The notes below the pieces were generated by a model. The model searched no databases. It was given only the letters and a program-made list of their open reading frames with translations, and was not told where the DNA came from. This document shows, piece by piece, positions 1 to 12,400 of a stretch of DNA of 64,000 nt. Origin of the DNA: Lobosporangium transversale (Eukaryota); assembly GCF_002105155.1 (NCBI RefSeq), contig NW_019028992.1, positions 310,001-374,000 of the forward strand. Direction: 5' to 3'. Each line of letters opens with the position of its first letter. The first letter of the stretch is position 1. Made by a program: the position numbers and the translations under genes.

Positions 1-1
1 T

Positions 2-1047
2 GTGTCAGGCATTACGAACGAAATGATCCAACACCAAGCACCGCAGGGGCTCTTTATCCTCTTCCAAATCATAAGTGCCACTATCGTGCAAGAAGACGTC
101 CTCAAGGATTGGAAGACGGGGCTCCTCTATTGCATACCAAAAGCTCCAGAATGGTCAGGAAACATGGCAGAGGTAAGGCCGATAGCTTTGTTGGAGCACG
201 CACGGAAAATAATGTTTGCAGTAATAACAAATAGGTTAAGCGCGATCATGGCCAGGCACGATATTCTACGAGGACCAAACTTCTCTGTTCTTAAAGGTAC
301 TACCACTAAGGATCCAATCCATATCCTGCAAGCGGCAATGGAAGACGCAAGAGAGTTCAAGAAAGAACAGTGGAGTGTGTTCCAAGACATGAAACGGTGT
401 TTCGACTCTGTCAACTGCGCGCCCGATGGGATGCTTTCTCGCGGACTAAGACGGCTCCAAGTCCCTGAACAGTTCATACGCCTATGTGAAAACATCGCCA
501 TTTCCAAAGTGAACAGGGTGATTACTGAGTACGGACCAACTGACGAGTATCATCCAGAGTGCGGTTTGGATCAAGGTGGAGTGGAATGTCCGCTTTTATG
601 GAGAATAGCATATGATGCACTCCTGTGTGAAATTATGGACCATAGCACTGGATATAGTCTAGAGGGACCAAGAGGGACACCATCAGTTGCTGGCCTTGCT
701 TTCGTAGATGATACTACATGGATATCGGACTCCAAAGCACATATGCAGGAGATACTTGACATTGCAACGACATTCTTCATTCTTAACGGGGTGGAAGTGA
801 ACGCCAAGAAAACGCAGGTCATCTGTATCAACAGCAAGCAGGATAGGAGGAGCACGCTGAAATTTGGGACACCTACAGAAGAGATCCGACCAGTGGAAAA
901 GAATGAATCGGTACGGATTCTTGGTGTTTGGGTCACAGCAACAGGAAATCCAACAGCAACACAGCAAATAGTGGAGCAGGAAATAGAAACGACCTGTAAC
1001 ATTTTCCGGTCCAAAGCCCTGACAGATCGGCAGACAACGTACATATC
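2..1047 (+). mobile_element. Non-LTR (LINE-like) retrotransposon reverse transcriptase fragment; cut by the window edge at 5' and truncated at 3'
   Basis: ORF 2..1177 has non-LTR RT motifs: IPK..RPIALLE, QDMKRCFDSV, GLDQG..CPLLW, AFVDD (YxDD-type), NAKKT, RILGVW. RT-like sequence stops near ...QTTYIS (~1047) and the rest of the ORF is unrelated. Confidence 0.9.
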
Positions 1048-1208
1048 AGACTGGATGGTCGTCAACATGCCTGCAGGAACGCTTTTCGTTTTCTTTTTAT
1101 TGAAACTTCAGGAGCAAGGCTGCCTCGATTATTCTCTACAACAGAACACTCCAACTGTTCCTTGTAAGGATCTTTAGTCTAGTTGCTGAGAGGTTGTGTC
1201 TTCTGTGC

Positions 1209-1647
1209 AGCGTGTGCTTGCTGTTTCTATTTTTTTTTTTCTTTTTTTTCTTCACCCAGCTTGGGCTTAGCAGCAAAGCCGGTGGGATTCAACGCCCGCG
1301 TCTCAATCTGGGGCGAGAAAGGTTGTGCATGCTACGCGTGCTGTTACGTACCGAGGTTTGGGAGTGCGGCTCAGGTGCACTACCATTTTTATTCATAAGG
1401 TCAGAGTATTACGTGACGGTCATAGAGAGTCCTTAATAAAAGGCTCTCGTTTGACAACAATAATAAAAACAACTTTTGATCTCCTTGACTTCGGACTGAC
1501 CATAAAATATCTCACGTGCTACGCGTGCTTTGCTCTTTTTTCTTTTTCTTTTTTTTTTTTTTCTTTACCCAGCTTAGCTTGGGTTTAGCAGCAAGGCCGG
1601 TGGGATTTAGCGCTCGAGTCTCAATCTGGGACGCTACGCGTGCTTTG
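1209..1647 (-). repeat. Two diverged ~100-bp poly(A)-tailed short repeats (LINE/SINE 3'-end-like); the second is flanked by a 15-bp direct repeat
   Basis: ~1255-1312 and ~1567-1630 share CCCAGCTT..GGG(C/T)TTAGCAGCAA(A/G)GCCGGTGGGATT..GTCTCAATCTGGG, each preceded by a T-rich tract (A-tail on the minus strand). GCTACGCGTGCTTTG occurs at 1518-1532 and 1633-1647. Confidence 0.7.
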
Positions 1648-1652
1648 TTGCT

Positions 1653-1683
<31 letters not shown>

Positions 1684-2204
1684 CCCTTCATTTTTTATTT
1701 ATTTAGTTATAAAGCCCGCCGGTGCATGTGGGCTACATCGCTTCCTCCTCTAGTCATCAAGTTGTAAACAAAAAAGTCTGTTCGCCATCAAGTACAGTTA
1801 CGGAGACACTGAAGTACCATCCTGTTATTGTCTGTGCGTCTTCCAATGCCATGCTGAAATGGCTTGGATTCTAATGAATAGTTTACTTTGTAGTGTTTAG
1901 GATTCTTAAGAACATACAATTGCAATGACAAGCAGCCTTTCATCTTTCCACACACAATTTAAATCAGCGATGCTCGTCCCAGGCAAGAATATCTGTAACA
2001 GTGATAATCATCCATGGAGCAAGTTACTAGCCAATTCGTGTCCGAGACTCAGCATGCAAAAGTTCCTCATTGTTAGCATTCTTAAAGTAATAAATAACAT
2101 ACACGCTTTAACTGGTGCGAAAAAAAAATAGTAAATATCTCACTTTTATTGGCGACTATCTCGCCCCTATCGGATCTTTAATATATTCTGACTGAAAGTA
2201 CTAC

Positions 2205-2475
2205 CTAGGCTCATCACCAGCTTGTGTGGCTTATGTGCATTGCACTAACGCTCAACTGACAGGCTGGGATCAAACTTGAGATTTTAGAAGGGGTCAACAT
2301 TTTTTTCTTCAAAAAAATTATCTGTCGTACAAACGGCGGGGAAATGGCCTTTTTTTTTTCTAAGTCGAAATATGCCAATAGAAATTGACCCCCCTAAAAT
2401 CTCAAGTTTGGTCCCAGCCTGTCAGTGAGCGTTAGTGCAATGCACATAAGCCACACAGGCTGGTGACGAGCCTAG
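2205..2475. mobile_element. MITE-like non-autonomous DNA transposon with ~90-bp terminal inverted repeats
   Basis: 2205-2297 (CTAGGCTCATCACCAGCTTGTGTGGCTTATGTGCATTGCACTAACGCTCA...GGGGTCAA) is a near-perfect reverse complement of 2385-2475. The ends are compatible with a TA or CTAG target duplication. No coding capacity. Confidence 0.85.
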
Positions 2476-2693
2476 TTGGACTATGGAGTCTCTCTAGGGA
2501 AAAAACACGCGAAAGGTTTGGTCGCTTGCCCCGTCCCTTGAAAAACATGCATGCACTTTGTGTTCCGTTATCGTTCCTGAATGTTTGAATTCTTTGCCTC
2601 TACACATATAAAAAGTCTCATCTTTTTTTTTTTTTTTTTTTTTTTTTACAGAATATCCGATCCTAAAAACTTGCTCCCATCTTCAGAATCACA

Positions 2694-4050
2694 ATGTCTA
2701 TTTCTAAAACAGCCGTTTTAAAAGAGTTCATTCTCCCCAATCCAGAGGATTTGAACATAACCACGTTCTTTGATTGACTCAGAGATATTTATGAAATCTC
2801 ATATAATGACAGGCAAACCTGGGGACAAGCTTATAAAAAGTTTGCGAGGTCAAAGGGAGGAAGCTATAGCTCCGAGAAGGGAAAGATGAATACCTTTCTG
2901 AGCACTAAGGAGGGAAAAGACTAGTACAACCAATACTGCGATGCATGGAAGTCCAGCAGCAGGAATAAAGTACTATTTCTACTGTTTGTCACTGTGGGTG
3001 TAATTATTCAGGCTCAGAAAGGGTGGCGTACTGACATATTTTTATAATTAGAGAGTCGCTGATCGTCCTGACGACTCTTCGAAGCGCCAGCGGGAGTACC
3101 ACCCTCATATGGAGGGTGAAGGAAGCAAGGACGGTGAATTCTACACCGAAGGCCTTTGGAAGGTGAATGGCGATAATATTTCGTCGCGCATCATCGATCA
3201 CAGGCGCAAATTCGTGGTAGAGTCGGATGGCGCATCTCTCTGTAAATTGTGGTAAGTGAAATTCTTTTATTCTTTGACACTGGGCTTCGAATCCTAATAC
3301 TGAGACGTGCTTCATCTTGTATTGCCACCTAGCGCCTTAAATTACATCTTCTTGAAGAGTTTGTGCTGGAGGCTTTTGGCGAGGAAAACGTGCCTTCAGA
3401 AGTGAAGAAGATGTTTGCGGTAGAGGTGGAGGACCGGAAGAGCGCGGAAGATTCTGCATTTATAAAACAATTTGCAGACGACGCTGCCATTCTCCCCTTT
3501 GAAGAGTTTGAGGAGCTTTGCACCCAAGCCCTTGCAAATGACAGACATATTTCCCGGTCTGTGCTCCAGCTCTTCGCCAATCTGACTGGCTCCGTTAACC
3601 TCTGGATAGAGGATGTAGAAACGGCTACAATGACGGAGCAAACCCTCATTGATATCCTTCTGCGTCCTATTTTCGAGATATTTTTTAACAGCTTCGGTGC
3701 ATTGTGGGCAGCGTAAGTTTTTTTTTATCAGTTCAACGTAGCTGCTGCATTTAATCGTTCAGTCTCTCAAGAATTGCTACTTTCGTCTATAGAGGTGAGA
3801 AGATGCCTGTCCCTTCATACTACCGCCAGACTCTCTTTCCCGACGGGCAATGGTTAGTTAAAAACCTGCCCATCATCGTTACAATTAAAGAGTCTTAAGT
3901 TCCTCAATTTGTTCATCACAGGAAATCCTTAGAAAGATGAAGGATGCAGTCCAGGAGCAGGTCGAAGGAAGCAAGGGGGTGTATACCCTCGCTGCCCAGA
4001 GCTTCAAAAAAGACAAAGAGATGCACAAAAATTGGATTCGGCCTTCGTAT
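2694..4050 (+). pseudogene. Degenerate spliced gene, possibly PD-(D/E)XK/restriction-endonuclease-fold family
   Basis: The frame from ATG 2694 continues through in-frame stops (MSISKTAVLKEFILPNPEDLNITTFFD*LRDIYE...GKD*YNQY). GT-AG introns are present. Later segments read WKVNGDNISSRI, EQTLIDILLRPIFEIFF, LFPDG and ILRKMKDAV. The family call is from motif resemblance only. Confidence 0.5.
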
Positions 4051-4578
4051 GAATTCTATAGAGGCTGAATAAAGCGTGCATGTAATTTATTACTTTTACT
4101 AAGAATACTAGCAATGAGGCATGTTTGCATGTTGAGTCTTGGATACGAATTGGCTAGTGACTTGCTCCGTGGATGACTATCACTGTTAAAAATATTATTA
4201 CGAGGGACAAGCATCGCTAGATTTGAATTGTGTGGTGGGGGTAGAAGGTCGCTTGTCATTGCAAGAATTATAAAACTATAAAGTAACAGTTATTATAATC
4301 CACAACTATTTCAGTATGGACATTGGAAGACGCACAGACAGTAACAGGATGGTACTTCAGTGTACTTGATGGCGAATAGGCTTTATTGTTTACAGCTTGA
4401 TGACCAGAGGAGAAAGCAATTTAGTCCACATGCACCGGCGCGCTTAGAAACTAAATATATAGATGTATATGTATATACATATAACAGCTGATGTTAGAAT
4501 CTATCGACTACCGTAGGGGCTCGTGCCACAGGTACCGCTTTATAATAAATCCTAGATGGCCTCATGGATCATCGTTAT

Positions 4579-4614
<36 letters not shown>

Positions 4615-5246
4615 TTACAAGTACCATTTTATTTGAGGCCAGGAAGCGGAAAATCCAAGTGTAGGAATTAAATGCTATAGGATCTCGTAGGTCCTTATTA
4701 TATATTATATATAAATAAAAAGAGATCCTCTGTGGACCGATTTTGGATGCACGTTGCGGCAGGCGCTATCTTAGACCTTCACTTGACCCACCCACTCACC
4801 GCAGACGGGGCTTCGCTGGAAGGTCTATCAGGGCAATAATGGTTAGCGGCTATGGAAAAACCAGGACTGATCACTTTCCTTTAATACTTTTGTCTCTTAC
4901 GTTAAATACAATGGCGGGCTGTAGGAATTCCCGAAGGACTAGCGAGGAAGCTTATGATGGTTATGAAATAACCCAGTTTAATACATAGGATACCAAGTAC
5001 ATTCTAAGCCGATGGTTCTTCAATGTAGGTGTTTTTCTTCTTGTTTTTTAATAACAAAAACACTCAGATCATGGTATTTAATATCTACAATCAATGAATG
5101 AAATGCCCCCGATTCTCGATGTAAGTGGTTAATCGACTTTAGCTGTGAGTCTTTATTATTATTACTATATATTAACGTGTATGTCTATGTACATGTTTAT
5201 TAGGGTATCCACGTATTTTTCTTTTTTCTTTTTCCAAGAATCCAGT

Positions 5247-8200
5247 TCACTTCTTAGACTCCCGGGGAATGGGCCTTGGAAGGGAATCAAGCTTTGGAGT
5301 TTTTGGAGTTTTTGGGCTTTCGGGAATGAATCCGTCTGCCTCTGCTGCTGCACGCATCTGTTGTTGATACTGGATATATTGCTGTTGTTGGTACCAGTCT
5401 ATATATTGTTGCTGTTGTTGTTTTGGTGCCTGTGGAGATACAGACACAGCTTGGTATGGCTTTCGATGTTGTTGTCTACGAGTTGATGAAGTCGATGAGG
5501 AAAAAGAAGACTGCGAAAGACTCTTCGGACTAGTTGACGTCCTCGAGCTCCTGGATTTCGGCGGCATAGGGAAACTTTCTGTAAATTGTGTATTGGCCCC
5601 TGCATATTTTCCTTGATGAGAAGAGCTAGAGCTTGAAGATGCGGAGACCCCTATCGTAGAAGCTGGTGATGTAATCTGCATCAATACTGAGGGTGGGGAG
5701 GAGGAGGGTTGTATCTGTTGTCTATACTGTTGAAGGGGGGAGTTTGAATCTTTGTCTCCAACCTTGAATGCTCTAGAGTTAAAGTGCGGATCTCCATCAC
5801 TTGTAGAGGCTTTCACCAGATCTGTCTTTGGCCGCGAATAAGCTCGCACGTTCTTTTTATGCGATATTCCATTTGTTTTTCCTGAAGACAAAGAGTTTGG
5901 GGCAGTAGCGCCTTTTACGGTCATAGGAGTGGTGGCTGGAGAGGATGAATAAGATGTAGAATGAGGATACTGGTGACTACGCGAGTCGAGCTGCCGTACG
6001 TTCTCAGAGGATGGCGTGTTGAATGGGCGGTATCGAGACTCTTGCTCTACTCCTGCTTCCCAGGAAGTTACTGCACTCGCAGGGGAATCTGAAGATGCAG
6101 CTGTTGTTACAGGTGTTTTCTGATAGGATCGCTGCTCATCTGACAAGGAATTTTGGTGGTGTAGAGGCTGGCGATCATCATAATCGTCCGGAACGTTCAT
6201 TTTGTAAACCAAGGTCTTCCTACTGTTCGTAGCCGCTGGCGATGTGACTGAGGAGGCGCCGGCATATGTATGATCCCGATGTTGTTGCTGGCAAGCATCC
6301 ACCGCGCTAGTTGTGTAAGCTGAAGGGATCATAGGTGTTGGTGGTGGGATCATTGGTGGAGAATCTACTAAGTATATGCTCGAAGCCTCGGGGAATAGAG
6401 AGATGTGACCAACACTTGACTTTGACTGAACAGAGTACGTGCTCGCCTGCCTGGATGCTCGCCCTGGTCGTGAATGCCGATGCGAAGACTGTCTATGACC
6501 ATCTGTCCGCTGATGGCTACGAGTTTCGTTAATGCTGTTGCCCTGTCGCCTGGGGTTCTTGGGAGTATTGGGGGTGGTTTCGAGTATTTCCATTAGGGTT
6601 GCAGAGCTCTCATTGTGGCGAGGATTTCGAGGTCGTTGCGTAGTTTTTTTGTTTTTCGTCGTGGATTGTGATTTCCTTTCCATGTTTAGCATCTTGGCCA
6701 TAGCATCTCTGTTTTTATTGTCCGTAATATCAAGGTCCTGTTTGTTTTTCCGAAGAGTCTCCTCTGCTTTGTTGTCTGTTAGAACTTTACGCCCCCACAT
6801 CCGCCAAACGACAAAACAGACAACTATTAAAATAGCTACTCCTGCAACGGTTCCTCCAATTATAGCTCCGCTTAACCTTCCTAGTTTTTTGTGGCCATCA
6901 GTACCAGCTGCCGTGGAAGGATCAATGAGAGAGGGGCCGGACCAAGTCCCTGAAATGACATCAAACACATGGACCGATTTGGTGATGGTGACGCTGCCAC
7001 TATCATCGCGTGCGATTCCTCCATATATTATGATCTTACTGTTCAGGCTTGCGATGGATTGGTTGGAAAGGAAGAGGGGAGCCATACTATTAGCAGACGA
7101 CTCTACAAGTCTGTACGTTGATGAGCGGGGATCAATCGAGTATATCAATACAGTGCCATTGCGACCCTATTGGTAGAAAAATAATTAGTTTACTCGATCT
7201 TTGAAAGCCTAGATCATTGACATACATTTTGGCATAAGACAAAGACTAATCTTGCTATTGAGGCACTTTTGCGTACTCTATCAACAATGAACGCTGCAAA
7301 TGCAGAAGTGAGAGGTACTGCTTCACTCGTCAGACGTATGCTGCCTAAATCGACTGTATTAATCCTTTTCAGGTCCACGGGAAGCTCTGTTGAAGTGATA
7401 TTATGATCCGGGCGGATATTGCCCATCGCTTGATAGACTGTTCCTGTAGATCCTGACTGGTCAAAAGTGAAGAGCAGACCATTGCTAAGATTATTTCTGT
7501 CTTGGACAATCGCTCCTACTGTCAACAGCAGATGTGAAGACTCTGAGCCCACCAGTGTCAAACTGAAAAAATTGATTGCAGGTCAGAGAAGGATGAATAA
7601 ATTAACGAACAGATCCAATACACATCACACACATTAATAAAACCACATACGAATTAAGCTGGAGGAAAAGGTGAGTGATAGATCGATGCAGGCAATTATT
7701 TGAGGGTATATAAATTACAGGCACCACACGGACATCAGGTTAGGCCCCTTTTTTATTTGAGAGATGAGGGTAAGGTGGCCAAATGTAGATATACTTACTC
7801 TTGAGATCCTGCTTGTACTGTATTTCCAACCCGGATATCGCGCCATGAGAATGTAGCAGCGGTGCCCTCAGAAAGAGTCCTTGCCAAGAACCGACTCCAG
7901 CCATTGGTTGATCCAACCATACTGAAGAACTTTGGACTGAAATAATCCACCTGTGCTGCTGTTCTTGTTCCTGCTTCTGCTCCTACAAACTCAATGGATG
8001 AAATCCATGTGCCATTTGGATAGAACAATGCTTGAATTGTGCTTCCTGATCCAAATTGTATAATTGTAATGGGGCTATTGTTCGTCGGCGAGTCCCCAAG
8101 GTAAGCGTAGCATCCTAGACTGTGTCGAGAGTCCCACATTGGCACTGAGCCTGCAGTATTACTATTTGATCTGGTGGATGAGATGGGTTTCGCTTTGGGT

Positions 8201-8331
8201 ATTAAAGGGTCAGCCAAGTCGAGAGAATACGCTTCCAGAACCCCTATAGAAGGCGAACCAAACAGATATGCGTTTTGGCCAGTGTTGTCTGGTGCTATAC
8301 ATGGTGAAGGAAATGACGGCAGGCTGGTCAT
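5247..8331 (-). CDS. Single-pass membrane protein with Kelch/beta-propeller-like extracellular region and a long disordered S/Q/P-rich cytoplasmic tail (spliced)
   Basis: ORFs 7795..8331, 7214..7561 and 5247..7148 are joinable by GT-AG introns. Kelch-like IIIYGG...VHVFDVISGTW is followed by the TM segment AIIGGTVAGVAILIVVCFVVW and a basic stop-transfer stretch. The start codon is uncertain. Confidence 0.75.
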
Positions 8332-9239
8332 GAAAAAAATACAAAAAAAAAATGCAAAAAAAAAGGAAAGGTGAACTTATTACAAAAGCAAAGGAAGAAG
8401 AGAAGAGAGGTGGAAAAAACCAAAGGGCTCAGTTGTGCGAGCAATCTGAGTACAAACTATCAATATTAAGAGAAGGGGACAATGCAAGCGATAAAACGTG
8501 AAGCGGAGCCGTATGTCTAATAGAGAGAAGAGATTGGGATAGCCAGTGCAAAGCACAAGAAGCAACGGATGCAGCCGAACGAGGGGCTAAGTGAGGAAGA
8601 GAATGAGCAGCTGTCGGTCAGATCACTTAAACGACGAAAAGAAAAAAGTTTGAGAATGTGAGAAAGAAGAGGAGGCAAATATTGTCTAAGGATTGAGTAT
8701 GGGTGATATATCAGCCAAAAGCCAACAGCCCATAACCAGCGGCCACTGGCACTGGCGTTGGTACTGACGCTGGCATTGGGCGTAGACAAGTAGATATATA
8801 AAAAGAGATGGGGCGTTGAAGTTGGAGGCACGTTTACATGTAAATGCCAGAAACAAACAGTAATAAGGTTTGTAAAGGTGAGAGAGAGAGTATTTTGCTC
8901 AGCACTGGTGCTCTCAATTGCCCTCTGTTTCTTGCTTCTTTGTGCTTTCGAGCCCACTACGCTCTTTATTACGAACTCTTTGCAAACCTCAATCGCATCA
9001 GTCAAAGTCCTTCACACTTACGCCTACTAAAATTAAAACACTATTCCAGATAAAGTGGACAATCCTTCTCATATATTTTCTTATAGCCTGCATTTATCTG
9101 TAGCCTTCCTCCTCCTCTAGATAGTAAATAGGTTCAGTTGATCAGGGTTCATTTTATATCATTGTTAGCACTATCAAGCAGGAGAATTATTTCTCTTTTT
9201 TACTCTTCTTCAATCTTCCTCATAGCAATGTCATCTACG

Positions 9240-9305
9240 AATCATAATCATAATCATAATCATAATCATAATCATAATCATAATCATAATCATAATCATA
9301 ATCAT
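9240..9305. repeat. (AATCAT)11 microsatellite
   Basis: Perfect hexamer tandem repeat, about 120 nt downstream of the stop codon of the 4E-T-like gene. Confidence 0.97.
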
Positions 9306-9422
9306 AATAAAAGGCCAACCACACGCAGCCCAGTAAAGAGTGGTTCCAAACCAACATGGACATGTTTGAGAGGGTAAAAGGTAGCTATGATCGTGACATG
9401 TCATCCTAACATCTCATTTTTA

Positions 9423-12400
9423 TTACTGTCTATGTCTGCGATCAAATTCCTCACGATTCATCATTGGCTTCGAGACTTGGGGCGGATAGAATGAGGGATT
9501 CATCGGGACACCTGCCATGCCTAAACAGAAAATTTTATACAGAAGAAACAAAACAAAAATAAAAATCAGTGATCTGAAGAAAGAGCAACGATGGGAAAGA
9601 AAGAAACTTCATGCATACGAGCAACAAAACTTTACCAGGATGAGGAATGTTGCCCATAGGGTGACCAAAATTGTTGGGGACAAAGTGACTGGGCCCTGGA
9701 CCAGGTCCCATACCGGGTATTGGACGAGGGGGTGGAGGTCCTGTGGGGCCACGTATTAACATTTCCACAGGGTTCATTGGGAACATGCCAGGGTGCATGG
9801 GTGGGCCTCCAACAAAGGGTGGCATACCAACATATTGTGATGGATGAGGAGACATATAGTCGCCAGGTCCACTTACATGTAGCTGCTGATTGAATGGGGG
9901 AATCTGTTGGGCAAACTGTGGAGGCATGCCTTGTCCAGGACGTTGCATTGGCATTCCATTGTAGAAGTTTGGTGATTCATTCTCTAATGCATGTCCTGGG
10001 CCTACCATAGGAGATGGAGCGCCGTTGCCATACATTCCGCCCATTCGGGGATCCAGCACAGGTGAGTGATGAACAGGTCCTGATCCCTGGTTAAATGGGG
10101 ATGATACAAAGTTTTTAGGGAGTTGCTGCGATTGTGGTGTCTGCTGTTGTTGCTGGGGCTGGGGCTGGGGTTGGGGCTGAGGCTGTGAAGATTGGGGCTG
10201 TGAGTGTTGTTGCTGCATATTAGGCTGGGCTTGAGCCTGAGGTAATTGTGACTGTAGTTGCGAAGATGCAGCAGCTTGTGTGTTTACCTGACGAGGGCTA
10301 CCCACAGAAGGTGAAGAGAGTGCTGGGCTAGCACCACCATTTGTGTTCGTGCCATTCACAGAGCTCAGGGGGCGGATCAAGGGAGAGCCTGACTTTTGTC
10401 CTTCAGTCTTACCACTCAGTTGGCGGTAGACTGAAGTAGGAATGCCTCCCCCAAATGCTACTTGTATAGGACGAGACGTAGGACGGCTAGGTTCCGATGA
10501 TGTGGTAGGGGGTAATGTGCCAGCACCAGATCCTTGCATCTGTGAGCCTTCTGATGGTGCTGAGGAGGACGTACCCTGAGATGACACGGGTAATACTGAA
10601 ATCTCACTGGATGGCCTTCTTAGAGTTTCAAGCAAGGCTGGCGGCTTTGTTTGGAATGTAATGATGGAGGGGTCATGAAGGGTTGGGGTTATTCCTGCAG
10701 ATTCTATATCGTTGCTTGGAAGATAGTGGGCTGATGGGATTGCTGACTTAGAGGAACCTGAACTACCAAAGGTATCTTCGCTGCTGCTGATCGGTGGCTA
10801 GTTATATATATATATATGTATTTTTTTTTTAAAAAAAAAACGATAGCATGTATTAGATACGTCTTTTATCTCTGGTGCTTAAGCTTCAAATCTTCAACAA
10901 AATATAACATTTACCTTTGCAAGAGCGGCCATGATTTTACTAAACGCGAAAGCATCCTCAGATTGTTCATTATTTTCAACCGATTTGACTGGGATGGATG
11001 ACTTATTAGCCTTCAATGACTCCAGAATCTCTGCCTCTGAGGGCATTCGTCTCAATGATGGTGGAAGAGGAGATGCGGTAGATGCAGAAGTGGGCGCATG
11101 TGCTTGGAAGAGTTGATCCAGAGATAGTTGCTTGCCCGGAATTTCATGTGACGCCGACACAGGTGCAGGCGGAGACATGAGCTTAGAGCGCTCTAATTCT
11201 TTTACAGACTGCGTTTCAGGCTCGTCTTCAGTAAAGAAACGTGCAAAACGTGATCCATCTACCTTACGAGTGGACTTCTGCTGTGATGGATCTTCCATTG
11301 ATGAGATGGCGATAGTATGCTGAGTGAGGAATTTATCAAATGCGGAAGGGGAATCAAATGTCTTAGTAAGGTCAAGCGCTCCTGGACTGAAGAACATGTC
11401 AATATCCTGAATGGGTTCATTTGATAGTAAGGCCCTCCCAAGTGGCTTTTCCAAAGCAGGAAGACCCTTGATCTCAGCTGACTTTATGTTTTCGGAAGAA
11501 GTGGGTGTAGTTATCTGGGCAGACGCCAGGTTCGATCGCCATGATGTGCTAGTGTCAGCTCTGGAGGGTCCTTTGATCTCCTGCCTGCTATCGCGCTGAC
11601 TCTGTACTGATGCTTCCTTCTCTTTCTCACGCCTTTCGTGCTCCTTCATACGGGCCTTCCATGCTTGGATGTCATCCACAAATACCTGGGGCTCGCTGTT
11701 GCTCTCTCCTTCTTTTGAAGCATTTTCTGAATCTGGATTGTAGCTCATCCACTCTGGCGCATCTGAGCGTTGGGTCTGAGTCTGAACATGAGTTTTGGCC
11801 CCGAGACCTAAACCGAGGGTACTGCCACTAACGTTCGCCAATGGATTGCCGGATGTAGACAAGGGCTGCCCTGAGATTCTCGACAATCCGCTAACCCTTG
11901 AGGAGGACGAACCGGTGCCTGTTCTTGCGCCTGGATTAAGAATATATAAAGTATGGGTAAGTCACCTTAATAATAAAAAAGAACAAAAATACCTTAGACA
12001 CAGTCCAAACTCTACTCAAGCCTTCGTACCTGCCAAGGAAGTGTTGTTAGATCGTAAAGGATCTGGCCGCCTCCTATCCATCCCACTTAACAAACCAGTG
12101 ATGTCTTTAGGAGTAACTTTCGGGACTTTATGCGAGGCAAGTTTTTCAATTGTTTCACGTCCAAATCCTTGCTCCAGAGCACTGGATGGTCCACGTGGGG
12201 TGCGATTTTCCCTTGAGGACTGTGTAAAGGTAATAAAATTGAAACAGAGCATGTCAGCGTCCTGTATCTCTACCATAAAAAAGGCCTCGTGCATGTAACC
12301 ACCGTTCATATCCGAGACTCACATCCAAAGTCTTTTTGAATCCAGAGAGACCATCCTCAGACCTTTTCAATCCTCCAAGTGATGAAGAGGCAAAACTCAT

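Larger units (their letters stand above)
1695..4460. repeat. Diverged ~400-bp inverted repeats (arms ~1695-2110 and ~4070-4460)
   Basis: The reverse complement of the right arm aligns to the left arm (e.g. CGCCGGTGCATGTGG, TTCGCCATCAAGTACA, CTGAAGTACCATCCTGTTA, GTCTGTGCGTCTTCCAATG). Shadow ORFs 1925..2131(+) and 4056..4259(-) are visibly homologous. Confidence 0.9.

Noticed and set aside
3004..3315. Minus-strand ORF with PVIDDARRNIIAIHLP, superficially like fungal TET/JBP dioxygenases
   Set aside because: It is antisense to the plus-strand pseudogene exon, which has coherent splice sites. No HxD or downstream H/R motifs were found.
4480..4990. Possible solo LTR or structured RNA (short inverted repeat GGATCTC/GAGATCC; TGTAGGAATT twice)
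   Set aside because: No second copy, TSD or primer-binding site in the window.
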